From NCBI GenBank assembly GCA_015680685.1, contig MNCI01002124.1, positions 1 to 59,868 of the forward strand: a stretch of DNA of 59,868 bases, in the 5' to 3' direction. Source of the DNA: Gnetum montanum. Taxonomy: Eukaryota; Plantae; Gnetophyta. The position numbers were made by a program, and so were the translations under genes. Positions 37,801 to 50,949 of this stretch are shown here, piece by piece. The notes under the pieces are model-generated. The model did not search any database. It was not told the DNA's origin and saw only the letters and a program-made list of their open reading frames with translations. The stretch's first letter is position 1. The number at the start of each line of letters is the position of its first letter.

Positions 37801-39430
37801 TAAATTAGTGCAAGTAATTCCACAAGAAAACATTATTGAAAACATGCATAACCTTACATCATGACCAATGGAAATTTCTTAACACATTTAGAAAAACTTC
37901 CTAAGTCAGAGGTGAAATTAGCCTCTATGAAAAGCTTATAGGTGTTTATCTAAATTACCTTGAGATATTTCATAAAAGCATTATAACCATATTTTTTATC
38001 CTTCATAGCCAAAAGTTCATATCCCAAAACTATGTCTTGCTCTAAATTATGCATGAATTTAGGAAATAGCATATACATTATGCATAAATTTAGAAAGAGC
38101 AAGCATAAGTTTAGAAAAAGCATCTAAATTATGCAATGTATGCATAAATTTAGAAAAAGTATAATAGACTTAGAAAAAGTCATGTAGCCATAATAAAAGC
38201 TTATTAAAAATAGAAAAATATTTTACTCCTTTTGAAAAAGAAATTAAACATTTTTTTTTCACCTTGACAACATGAAAATATAAGTTATACATATCAACCA
38301 CTTCTATGTGCTACAACCATGATTTTTTTCCTTGTTCACATAGCCATAGCCAAAAAGTTCATAAAATTTTTGTTTTAGCTCCAAAAAGAGTGATTCTATG
38401 ACTATTTGAAAGCTTGAATCAAGTCCTACAAGTTCATTCTTAGAAACAAGTCAAAACCTATACTGTTTATGTAGGAAAAATTCATCAATTTTGACAATAT
38501 TCTAAAAATGGCATCAGCATCCGTACTACACATGCTTAGTAAAAAATTCATAGAAATTTCGCTTTAAGTCCAATAAGAGTAATTCTACCTTTTCTGAAAA
38601 GCTAAAGCCAAGGCCTACGTAGCAATAACTAGAAAGTAGCCAAAAAATTTTCCATTTCCTTAGAAAAAAATTAGAAAATTACATGAAATTGCAAAAGTGG
38701 CACAAACTAACTAACTACGCAATGTTAGGAAAACTACCATAACTTCTTTATTTAAAAGACAAAGTAAATGATACAACAACCATCAGAAAGCTTTAAAAAA
38801 GGATACAAATCAATAACCTTTAATGTGTCAAATATGCAGCTTTTCAATTGAGAAAAAATGCACAACATTGCTTGATTTGTCATAGTAAAATTTCTAAAAT
38901 CTCAAAAACTAAATTTCATATAGCAATTAAAATAGTAGAAGTAGTCAAAAACATTGAAACCCATTAAACTTAACATCAAAATAATGGTGTAGGATTGTGT
39001 TAAAATTTAATTTTAGCAAATCCTAAGGCCTGAAACTTTAAAAAAATGACCATACCCTAAAAGTTTGGCAGAAAAGCATGAAACAACAAGCCCTATTTTC
39101 AAAATCAAATCTACAAAAGTTAAAGCAATGAAAAAACTATAGATCTACATGGGAGAAACTAAAATAAGAGGTGGGATTCTGTCAAAATTCTATCTTAATC
39201 TCTCCACCAAAGTAAATCTAAAAAAAATGGCCCTAACAAATAGGAAGCCAAAAACTAGAAAAACCACAAGAAATAAAGGCAAAAATTGGTAGAATTGCCT
39301 ACGTTGAAGTAGCAATAAAAGAAGCTTGAATGGAGATAGGCTTGGGAACTCCTTATAACTATAGGAAACGTTCATCCATCCTCTATATCATAGGATTTTT
39401 TCTCTTTCCTCCTTAGTACTTGGCTACCAT
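34853..39430 (-). pseudogene. Antisense multi-exon accessory gene of B
   Basis: Introns 34942-35028, 35852-35928, 36067-36156 and 36352-36449 are all GT-AG and sit at positions homologous to A. ORFs 35655-35912, 36997-37341 and 37229-37531 match the A and C peptides. Putative first exon ~39303-39430. Confidence 0.8.
37555..37990. repeat. ~150-bp tandem triplication in the first intron of the B accessory gene
   Basis: AGAGGTGAAATTRGCCT occurs at ~37608, ~37758 and ~37908; A has a single copy at ~18747. Confidence 0.75.
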
Positions 39431-40439
39431 TGTAGGCTCAATATTGAGGATGATGGAGATTAAGAGAAGATACAAGTTCTATGCTAGCTATAGAGGAAAT
39501 GGGAGGCTTCCACACTAGAAATTGGTTGTGGTTACCATGATAATCCTTGCCAAATATCTTCTCCAATTCTCCATTATTGGAGAATGACAATTATGATAAA
39601 AAATTACAAAACTTAACATATAAAACCCATCTGAAACCTAAATGAAACCCTAGTTACTAATTTAGTGCACCATAACTACAAGTGAACTAATGTAAAAGGG
39701 GAAAAAGTATACTTTGCATTGGTTTTAGATGGGAAATAATTTCACTTTTCAAAATTTTGAATTTCTAGATTGTGGGCCCCATCCTACACCTTGACTTTCT
39801 ACCAAAACATGCATCAATGTTGAGATTTTTTGAGACTTAAAACATTATGGAAACCTTAACCCCATGCATACCTGTTAGGAATACCATGCCTAGCATGGAA
39901 AAATGTCTATTCTTTTATAAATTCATTAGAATTACAAATATCTTTTTATTTTTGATAACCCAAACCTAACTTTTTCAACCCAGGTTTCCAAAAGTAGGCA
40001 AGACATGAGTAAGGCTAAACACCGTGGATTTCCAAGATGGGTTAGTAGTTCCTAGCATGAAATAATGGAGGAAACACTCACTCTTACCTCCCAACACTCA
40101 TCTAGCATAAGTTTGATTTCAAGGTAGGGCCCACATGACCTAGAATTCCTCCAAGCATTTCCAACATCTTTGGAATCCCACCATACATAGTCAAAACTAG
40201 TTAAAATATAGGATTTGGTGTTGTTCATGCTAGGGGAGGCTTCTTTAATGCTAAGCCTCTCATCCATAATTTAGATAGATGGGGGCGGGGGGGGGGGGGG
40301 GTGGAGCAAAAAATGACCTAAATTGATGATCTAATGACCATTTCTTGATGCTTGATGATCCCTAGACCTTTCCAAAAAACTCTAGGGATTTCAAAAGATC
40401 AAAAAGTGGTCCAAATGGCAACAACCTATCATCCCACTC

Positions 40440-41350
40440 TCATCTATATTAGGACCACCATGGCTAGCATGGAAAAAAGGGGAGAAATTACATGAGGCAC
40501 TAATGGCCAATACCAGCAACCCTATGAGCACTCATGCATGGCTAAATTGATCACAAATGATGGAAAAATCTTCCCCGAAATTTTCCATGCTAATCATGGA
40601 AGCCCTAGCATTGCAAGAAAGGGGGGGTAGCCCCAAAAATGCCTTATGACCCTTCAAAATACAAAATTTCAACATTAGATTATATCAATCAACATCAACA
40701 ACCTTGGAAGCATGCATGCATGATTAAAAATGAGAAATAATGATCAAAATGCTTTTCCCCAAATTTTCCATGTTGAGCATGGAATCCCTAGTGTGGAAAA
40801 ATGGGGTAAGCCTAATAAATATGACCCTCTAAACAACCAAATGTTTACATTGGATGTTAGCAATCGACACTGATAACCTTGGAAGCCAGCATGCATGACC
40901 AAAAGTGACAAAAATGATCAAAAAGCCTTTTCCAAAATTTTTCATGTTGAGCATATTATCCTCAACATGGAAAAAGAGAGGGAAGCTTAAAATCCCACTT
41001 GGAAAACCAACACACTAATCAGTTTTAAACCCAAACCCTAGTCTTCAACCCCAATAGTCCTAGAGGCAGACATGCATGGTTGATTAAAGTTACAATTGGG
41101 CTAAATCTAAGTTTTAGTATGTCCCCACCCTAAGAATTCCCTCCTTCATGCCAGTCAACGTGGAAATGAAGGGGGAGACCCATTTGAGATCCATAACTAC
41201 CTCAAAATACCATTAACTAAACTTTCACATGCTCTAGGATCCTAAAAACATCATTTGAAGACTTCAAACCTCATGAAAATGATGTTGGAAGGTCAAAAAT
41301 TGATCCCCTAGTTTTTTATGCTAAGAATCCTAGTTCCAATGTGGAAAAGG
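40440..41350 (+). repeat. Diverged short version (~5-6 monomers) of the ~190-bp array in B
   Basis: CATGGAAAA-GGGG landmarks at ~40469, 40609, 40791, 40966, 41158 and 41340, with GCATGCATG and TTCCATG motifs. Confidence 0.7.
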
Positions 41351-41443
41351 GGGGGGGGGGGGGGGGGGGGGNTACTCAAAATTACAAAACATGGCACCAA
41401 ACCCTAGTCCACATCAAGGATACTATGTCCAATATAGACAAAG

Positions 41444-43287
41444 TGGGGGCATCCATTTTCACACCTATTGACACATAAAATAACCTCAAATTTCCTCTAA
41501 ACAAAGTCAGTAGATGCACAAGTTCCTAATCTAGACTCTAACTACCTATTTGACCATATTTGATCTCATTTCTAGCTTGAATTTTGGTTCTCCATGATAA
41601 AACTTCTTTTTTCTGTGCTATCCATGGAGAAACTGAAAACATTAGTGGCTAGAACACTAAGGGATCCATGAGTGCACAGATCTAACCCTGCATGTACATG
41701 AGGGCCTAGTAGAGATGAATATGGGATGCCCAAGATAGTCTTATCAACTGAATGGGGACTTACCAAATGTGACACAAAATGATGCTAAGTGTTCATACGA
41801 TGTCAATGGTCTCAATGATGTCAATGTTGGTGAATGTAGTTAAGGTTTTTAATGAAAAATGAGGATGTCAATGTGTGATTATGAAGAAAAAAAGTAGAAA
41901 ATGCAAGTAAAATTCTGAAAATCCATAAAAAGAGAGCAAGAGAGAGAGTAGCACACCACCCCAAAATGGGTTGAGCATAGTTATCTTTAGAAGGAATGAG
42001 AAGGTACATGGTATATAATAGGCATAGTGAATAGCATAGTCATAGTCTTGAGTGTGACTAGCCATGAAGATTGATGTTCTACAATGGTGTCTATGTCTAC
42101 TGGGTTGGCCGCTATGGTGTGTAGTGAGCTACAATGGTCTACGGTGTCCTATGACAATCTACAACTTTTCCCCTCTCTAGTTCACTAGGGTGCCTCTAAA
42201 TTTTATCTACCCAAAATGCTTACAATGTTCAAATTTTCCAAACCCTAAAGCATAGATGGTGGGGATATTTATAGGGCTAGTTTTCCTATGAATTTTGGAC
42301 GGGTTGCCATGTGGAAATGGGATGGTTGGGACTACAATGCATCCAACTACAATCTCCATTGAGGCAAGTGATGGTTTTCTCTACTCTATTCTACTAGACT
42401 CTATGAGACTACCAGATTGTAACTTTGCTACCAACTACATATTCGTGTGCCAAAAATACCACAAAGTACCTAACAAAATGCAACTTTGGAGACTATGCTT
42501 TAGGACTACATTGTCCATTATCTTCAATGGGGTCAAGTGTAGTTACAATTTTTGGATAAATATGTGTATAAAAAAGATGCATTTTTACTAACTACGCTTG
42601 CTGAAGGTGTGTTGGAGTTAAGTTGAATGTCAATGTTGTGTTGTGAAGGATGTTGAAGGTTGTTCTAGATTGGGAGAGAGCATATTTGAACACTAAGAAA
42701 AATTTTGTAGAACATGGTTGTGTGCTAACTACGCTCTCCATGGGAGGTTGACTATGCTCCCAACTAGGGTTAAGCATAGTTCCAACACTTGGAAAATTTT
42801 TGTGTAATCTTGCTTCTAGTTGACTACACTTAACTATGCTCTAGTTTGGTGAAGAGTTTAGTCTCAACATTTAGAAAATTTCTATCAAACTGGGTCTTCC
42901 ATGGTAACTACACTTAACTATGCTCTAGGGTAGTGTAAAACATAGTCTTAGCAGTTAGAAAAATTTGTAGCTACTAGCTTAACACATAGAAGAATTTGCA
43001 AAACTAGCCTTTGGTGTTGACTACACTCTCTACTAAGTTGACTATGCTCTATGATAGTGGAGAGCATAGTCTCAATAGTTAGAAAATTTTTCAACTTCTT
43101 ACTTTGCAATGACACTAAGGAAAAGTTGTAAAAGATCATATTTTTAAGCTGACTATGCTTTCCACTAGGCTGACTACACTCTGGGACAATGGAAAGAATA
43201 GTCCTAGCTCTTAAAAAAATTGCCTCATGCTAACACTTGGGAAAATTTGCAGTTGAGACACCATAGTCCAAATTTGGTGGTGTTTCA
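41444..43287 (-). repeat. 3' LTR of C (distal end 41444, or alternatively 41768)
   Basis: Begins TGAAACACCA on the minus strand at 43287 after the PPT, with TATAAATA on the minus strand at ~42266-42273. Confidence 0.65.
42720..43222. repeat. U3 tandem repeats of the C LTR (~5 units of 85-130 bp built on GACTACGCTCT variants)
   Basis: Recurrent GACTAYRCT...ACTATGCTCT...GAGCATAGTC...AGAAAATTT. Confidence 0.75.
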
Positions 43288-43303
43288 TTTGCCCCTCTTT
43301 GTT
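43288..43303 (-). promoter_or_regulatory. Polypurine tract of C
   Basis: The minus strand reads AACAAAGAGGGGCAAA then TGAAACACC. Confidence 0.8.
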
Positions 43304-44229
43304 AATGTCTAGAGGAGTGTCCCTAAAGACAATAACAAAGAATGATACAACACCATTATAGGCTTAGCACCAACATCACTCTTTGGTATCCAATTAGATG
43401 TTGCTGAACCATGCTCAAGAGTGCTATGGATGGTAGTATGTTGGGAATAAGTAGTGTAGGTAAGGTGCTAAGGGTAAAGGATGGAATGAGATTGAAATAG
43501 GATGTTGGGATCCATAGCCATCATGGTTGGTGGTGGTCATGGCACTAGACTAGCTTGCCCATAAAAACATTGACCTCTTGTCAAAGTGGTCATGAAAGAG
43601 TTAGTGTGGATGCAGGGTCTAAGGAATTGCAAATTTTAGCTCTTTCAAATTGATTAGGGACATGCCTTGTCCTCTTTATTTTTCTTTTTTTTTTCTATTT
43701 TCTCTTTTCTTTATTGGCTTCAAGGAGAACCTACTTTGGGTTCTACACATTTCTAAATGTTAGATATGACATGCTTTCCATCAAGTGGACTGCATGCCAC
43801 TGGATGGGCTTTACTTTAATACTTGCAAAACCATGTCGTGTCTATAGGATAGGTGTTTCCTCCATAGGATGACTTGTGTTAAATCTACTTGGTCTTTGAA
43901 TAGCCAATAAAGGCTCCCCATGGGACAACTTATGTGATGTCCTCCTTGGGTTCTACAATTTGCAATGCAATATGCAAAGAAGATGTTGTGTAGTCATATC
44001 TCATGGGCATTAAGGGATTACAATCATGGCTATGTAGGGAATAAGAGAGTATTGGAATCTAGGAATAGATGTGGGTAGGCTATAATGGGATAGGAGGAAA
44101 TGTTCACTCTTGAACAACTTAGTTAGTCCAATTATGACTTACCACTATGATGAGATGCATCTTTGCATGATGACTTGGAGCTTCATCTTACAAAAAAAAC
44201 TCTAAGAAGACAAAAAATTAACAAAAAAC

Positions 44230-44655
44230 ATAATGCAAATAAAATGCCAGGGTATGAAAATGATGAAAGTGCTCCAAAGGCTGAACTAGTTGCAAGTGTT
44301 CAAAAAGCTAGTAAAATACCAAGGGGAAAAAATGCTATAACTACTTCAAAGGCTATGCTCATGAAAAGAACTCAAAGAAATTAGTAAAATTCCTAGGGGT
44401 AATGATGTTCCAAGTGGTCTAAAGGCCATGCTAGTGACCTATGCTTATTGAAATAGAAAAATGGCAAGGGAGAGGCAAGGGGGGCTAAAATGCTACAAAT
44501 GCTCCAAAGGCCTCACTGATGATAAAAACTCAAAAAACCAGCAAAGTGGTAGGGGATCATAATTTTGCAAGTGCTCCAAAGTTTGCACTAGTGGTAAGAG
44601 CTCAAAAAACTAGCAAAATGATGGGGGCCTATGATGCAGCAAGTACTTCAAGGTC
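44230..44655. repeat. 72-bp tandem repeat (~6 copies) in the 3' region of C
   Basis: The GCTCCAAAGG-like landmark ends at 44280, 44352, 44425, 44510, 44581 and 44652. Confidence 0.75.
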
Positions 44656-44809
44656 ATACCGATGGCAAGATCTTCATTTTGGGACTATAGTATCCATACC
44701 CTCACGGTGTAGAAAATGGGAGGAAAATGGAAGAGTTAGATTTATTCTCACTTTCTTGCTTGTAAGACTATGCATGGTTGCTGGTGAACCAAATTTAAGG
44801 TATTGGTAG

Positions 44810-45105
44810 ACTATGGTGCACTAGTTTATAGTCTTAGTGGATTACTGTGTACCAGTTTAGTGTTATGGTGGATAAGCTATGCCAGTTTAATGTTATGATA
44901 GACATGCTATTGTGTTATTTTAACATTGTGCTAGTTTAAAATCATGGTAGACATGCTATTATGTTAGTTTAATGTGATGACCCAAGGAAAATGTTGCACA
45001 AGTTTAACATAATGGTGGACTTGAGGTGTTGATGCAAGTTTAACATCATAGTAGATGAACTGCGTTAGTTAAATGTCATAGCAGATGAATGCTTATCATG
45101 TTAAA
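44810..45105 (-). repeat. ~30-bp tandem repeat after the integrase of C
   Basis: Recurrent CTAGTTTAA (reverse complement of TTAAACTAG), the same core as the 29-bp repeats. Confidence 0.75.
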
Positions 45106-45125
45106 TTAATGTATGGTGCTACATG

Positions 45126-48100
45126 TTAGGCATAGTATGGCTTCAGGTATGATTGGCTCACTAGATTGGCAAACTCATTTTCATCTTAGTCAACAACCTA
45201 GAATGCTCCATTGTCATAGGCCTTTGTGACTAGAAAAGGCCCTTTCTATTTGGCTAAGAATTTATCTGTGGGTTCATGAATAGCCTTGAGGACTAGGTAC
45301 CCTTTCTTTCTTGGACATTGATGCTAGTTGTGATGTTGCTTTTTCCATTTCTTTTCTCAGTACCATTTGATGCAATCAAGCATCTGCATGCACTCCTCCT
45401 CTATTGAGTCAAGGTCTATGATCCTCAAATCATTATTCTAAGCTTCATTGATGAAATTTGGAAGGATCACTCAAAGAAATGGAACTTGTAATTCAAGGGA
45501 AAAATTGCTTTAGATCCATAGATAAGGTTGTAAGATAGCTTACCTGTTACTATTTGGCATGTTGTGCAATAGGCCTAGAGTGCATAAAATAATTGCTTGT
45601 GCCATCATTATTTGGTATTGCTTAACATCTTCTTCAGAAGGATGATGATGAATTTGTTAGTGGCCTTCACTTGGCCATTTTCTTGAGGGTAGTATGGGGA
45701 CAAGAAGGAATGCTTGATACCAAAGTGCTCACAAAAGGCTTCAATTTCAGAACAACTAAATGGTGGCTCATTGTCTATTACTATGATCATGGGTACTCAA
45801 AAACAAGTCAGTATGTTATGAAGCATGAATCTACAAACTTGTTGAGATGTTATCCTTCTAATGAAAAGAGCCTCAACCCACTTGATAAATTACTTAGTTG
45901 TAGTTATTATGAAGCTATGCCCTATGGAGGACTTAGGCATTATAAGTCCAATGATGTCCAAGCCCTAACATTGGAACGACCATGCGATCTACATTCTATG
46001 TAGTTTAGTTGGTGGCATGTGCATTAAGTTGCCATGTCATTGATACATGTCACATGCTTTGATCTTTGAGATGAAATCATGCTATATATAAGGCCAATAA
46101 TAGCCTAGCCATCTAATTTTCACTACCATTGCCCTAGGTGCTATGTGACCTCTACACAATCCCTTGTAGACTTGTTCAATAATCATTTGTACAGGCTATC
46201 ATAGGATATATGACATAACATGTTATCACCCATGATGATGTAGTACCATGAATGTTTATGTATTTCATCTCTTTAGGTGATAGTTAAATATTGTGAAGGC
46301 TCACCTTGTAGAAGGTAAACCTTGATGTCATCAAAACATTCTCCTACATGGGTTGTGTTTACTGTGACTATGGATATAATGTCAATTATTTACATTATAG
46401 GCATAGTGCAATCCACCACCAAGGTGGGCAATGCATGGAACATGTCAGGTATGATGCTTATAGCATTTTCATTCAAAGGAATGTGTTGGACATTGGCAAT
46501 TACAAACTATTGAAGCAAGTGCTTTGCCAAGTCACATTAAGGCTATAATGTTGGGTCTTGTAGGCATAAAACTTTATCATCTAGTTGATCACTAAGAGTG
46601 AGTCACCTTGGATCACTATGTGTTGGATCCCTAAGTCACATGCTACAAGGATACCTTGGAGGAGACCTTCATACTCCACCACATTGTTAGTGCAATGGAA
46701 TGAAAAATGATATGCAAAAGGTTGAATCTCCTTGGCTGGAAATGTGATAACAATAATGGTGCTACCTCGTTGAAAGGTTGAAGCTCTATTGAAATGCAAA
46801 AGTTCCTCAAAGTTGTCAAGCACTCGACTAATGTTGCTAATGTGTTCATATGAGAATTCACGGTCTATTATTGCTTGATTGTTAATTGGTAAAACTGTAA
46901 GTTATGTAGCTATATCCTAACCTTTTGTTTAGGCTTGCACAACATAATGTAGGCCAAACTCTATGGTTATTAGTTTCCATCATGTAATACAACTACTTTG
47001 GTAGATGTTCATTGTGATTGCTCAAAGTACATTGTTCTTGCAAATGACATTGACTTGACTATGGGAAAGGTAATACCTTCACTTCTTGAGTAATAAGACT
47101 AAGGCAAGGCAGTGCTTTTCTACATCACTGTACTTTGCTTCATGGGCTACTAATGTGTGGCTCAAGTAGTAAATTATGACCTTTGTACCATCATCTCACT
47201 TTTGGCAAAGCAAAGAAGTGATGAACATGTTAGAAGTGGTAAGGTAGATGTGAAAGGATTTATCTCCTTACAAAGGGTGAACCATAGGAAGTTGTGTCAA
47301 TTCTTGCCTAAGGTTGTTAAATGCTTCTTATCATTGAGATGTCCACTTGAAGTGGACTTCTTTCTTGAGTAGATGTTACATTGGCTATAACTTATTGATT
47401 AACTATGTAATAAACCTACATATGAGCTACAATCTACCTTGTAACCCTCATAGCTTCTTAAGGTTGGCTAGAGGTACTAAACTAGTTATGACCTTAACCT
47501 TGTTGGTGTCTATGCGTATTCCTACTTCAGATACTACAAAACTAAGCATTCGACCTATTTTGACACCAAAAACAATCTTCTTGGGGTTTAACCTAAGATC
47601 ATTTTTAAGCAAAATTTAAGCACTATGTCTAGATCATTTTCATGGATGTGAGAAAGCTTAACATGCAATCACTAAATGGTAATGTCATCAATGTAGTCAT
47701 TGAGCAAGCTTAACATGTAATCACTAAATATGTATGTCATTGCATGCTAATACATTGCTCCTATGTTCTTGAGTCCAAAAGGCATCATAGTATAACAAAA
47801 AATATCCTAGGAAATCATGAAGGTTGTGCTTAGTTGGTGCTTAGGATTGATCATAATTTGGTTGTATCCAAAAAACCCATTCATGAAGGATAACAAGGCA
47901 TGTCCAATCATTGTATTGATCAGTTGATTGATACTGGGAAATGGGAAGTCATCCTTGATGGTTGTTTTGTTTAGATCTTAGAAGTCTATGAAAATGTGTA
48001 TACTTCTATTTTTCTTGGAAAAAACTACAATGTTGGAGATCCAATCTGCATAGTCAATAGCCTAGATGAAAGTAGCTTTGTAAAGCTTGGTAATTTTATC

Positions 48101-48566
48101 ACGAACTACCAATGCCACCTTAGGCTAACCTTGCATGCTTTTTGTTTTACTAGCTTAATGCAGGGATCAAGGATGATATTATGTTGGACTCACTAAGGGT
48201 CTAGGCCTAGCATGTCCTCATATGATCATGCAAATGCCTTGATGTTTTCATTTAGCACCTTAGTGATGTCTTGGACATGTTGGGGATCTAGTGAGGAGCT
48301 TAATTTAGTATTATTACCTCACTGTTAGGTTTTGTCACAAGGATCTCAATGAGGGGATCTTCTATGATATCCCCTACGGGTAGATCAAAAGCCTTAACTA
48401 GATGGTTAGGCCAATATAGTGGTGCCTCTACAGATGTTATGTATTCAGCACAGGTTGTAGGCTCAAGGTCTAGGCAATGTGGATCAATGCATCACTTGAT
48501 ATTTCCATGAGACCTTGTAAGGCCTAGAGGTAAGAGAAGCTACTCAAGAATGGCCATGAAGTATGC
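45126..48566 (-). pseudogene. pol of C: RT - RH - aRH - INT, no protease in front
   Basis: DDFPFPSINQLI, ALLSFMNGF, MPFGLKN (RT); FHCTNNVVEYEGLLQG...QGDSLLV (aRH); SPYYPQENGQ, YLKPYYA-stop (INT). Preceded by TTTTTTTGTAG| at 48567. Confidence 0.92.
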
Positions 48567-48704
48567 CTACAAAAAAAACTAGCAAAATGTTAAGTAGTAC
48601 CTATCTTAACCAAATTAATATATACAAATGAATAAAAAAAGCAATGCAATGAAAATTTTCCTAAATATGCATAAGGGCTATAAAGAAGAGTAGGCATGTG
48701 TGTG

Positions 48705-48760
48705 CTGATTTTAGGCCTCGGCATGTCATGCATGCTAGTTTAAGGTCTTAGTAAACCATA
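48705..48760 (-). repeat. 29-bp repeat (~2 copies) just upstream of pol of C
   Basis: ATGCTAGTTTAAGGTCTTAGTAAACCAT is the reverse complement of the 29-bp unit. Confidence 0.65.
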
Positions 48761-50949
48761 TACCTATTAGATGTACCATTCTAGGGAAGGCTAGGCATGC
48801 TTAGGAAGTGAAATTGGCTTAGGTATTCACTGGGCAATGAAAAGTTAAAAATTTTGACTAGGTATGGATGACTATGCACTCACCCACCTATGCTCTCACC
48901 CAAGAGTTAAAAATTTTGGCAATGTGTGGGGCATAGTCCTTGGTTGGTGGGTCATTAAATCATCTCAAGAGGATATATAGGCATATTATATCATGAGTAA
49001 GTTATCATTTTCAATTTTTCAAATGCAGAGTTCAAAGCATAGTCTTGTCATTGCTATTTTGCACTACTAGTGAAGAGCATAGTTGGAGCAAGATGACATA
49101 CCAAAGTGGATGCTTGCACGCAAGATTGGAAATTATGGATGAGGGGGAATAAGCATTGGGCTACCTACCACAAGCATGCATAGAGGAGAGGAGTCTGACA
49201 ATGTTTACGAGGTACCCAAACTACGCCCTCCCCTTTGCTTATTTTTTTGCTTCATTTGTTTCTACTATTTTGCTGATGCAAGTTTGGGCTTTGAAAGTAT
49301 AGTTGTTGGCATGCCCTACCATGGCACCTATTCCATGGTAGTGGTGACCCTTTCCATGGTCCTTTTTAAACACCATATCTAGGATGATGTATGTGGACAT
49401 GGGGAGGGTTTAAGGTGATGAGGGTCTTGAGATTATGCATGTGGATTTTGGATGCACATGGGGAGGGACGTGAGGGTTCTGGTTGTGGGAGAGGATGTGA
49501 GGACAAGCTAGGGAACAACCTACCATAGGGACAAAGGGCTTGTACCATGTTGTTTTATTTTTAAGAAAATTTTTTTTATTTAAGCATGGTCTGGGCAGGG
49601 CAAGGTAGGGATCAAGGTTTTGGTAATAGCTAGCAATGACCTGCCATGTAACAAGGGGCATAGCAAGGATTCTACAATATTTCTATTAGGTTGTTTTTTG
49701 TGAAAGCAGGGTAAGGGACTAGGTAGATCACATGCCATGAGGTCATCAACATTATTATGTGTTGCAACATGTAGTAAGGGTTGCCAAGGTGATTGTGGCT
49801 TGCAATGTAGTGGGAAGGGCTATAGGGGATGATTAATGCCAGAGTGCATTTCTATGTTTTATTTATTTTTTTGAAAATTTTTTTGTTTTACATGGCATGG
49901 GCAAGGATCAAGCATATTGGGGGTCATGGAGGACTATGGGTTGATACCCCATGACACAGTAAGGACTATGGGGGAAATTACATCCTACAACACAACTGAG
50001 TGGCCACAAGGATCACAAGGGTGTCCAACACCAAAGTATTCTATGCTTTCTATTTTCTTAGAGAAATTTTTGTAGGGTAGCAATGGGACATGGAATAGGT
50101 GTGGTGACAAAATGGTAGTGGGCACAAGTGTAGGGCACATATGGTGTATTTGGTTAGGTGCATGATGCCATGGTAGGGCATAATGCACAATGCGTGGTGT
50201 GAAAAGGATAGTGGGGTAGCACACAATACCATGGTAGGACATGGTGTGCAGAGAGCATTGGGGCGATGACCAGGACCTCACTCCTTATAGGTCGTAGTGA
50301 GGAATATGCTTCCTATACCTTGGAGATTTAGTTTACACCAAGTGTTTAAGAAAATGGCTACCCCAGAAGTTATTTTTTTTGGGACTATGCTCTATAGAGA
50401 GTGTAGTCAAGGAGTTACAAAAAAATTTTCCTTCCTTTCAAACTACACGCTCTATAGAGTTATCCCAAAGTTAGAATTTTTTAAAAAAATTTGGACTATG
50501 CTCTCCACTATGATAGTTTAGAATTAGAAACAATTTTGGAATTCCCAAAGTATGCTCTCTGTTGAAGTGGTTCAGGGTTAGAAGAAAATTTGCTAAAATT
50601 TTGCAAACTATGCATAATGCTAAAGTTGTAAAATATAATGGTGCTAATCATGCAAACTGTAATGATGATAAAGTTGCAAAAACATGCTGATTCTAACCTA
50701 TAAAAACTATGAAATAAAATGCTAATCTTATCCAAACATGTCATGCCCCAATTAGTACCAGGCATGTAAAATAAGTTGGTCAACATCCTATACCCCTGGG
50801 GCCCCAAAGGGCATTGCCAAAATTAGGAAAAATTTATGTTAGTTCACATTGTATTAACTTAATTTTGCTAACTTATCTTAGTGTTTTAATTCCAAAATTT
50901 GCATCTATGTATGTATACTAGCACTTTGTTTATTGATTGTCAGTTTTAG

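Larger units (their letters stand above)
31976..41443 (+). mobile_element. Element B: second copy of the split Tat family (5' LTR, ORF1, antisense gene, array), interrupted by C
   Basis: LTR start homologous to 30502, ORF1 to 3781-5273, accessory gene to A, and array to 21200-25115. Confidence 0.8.
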
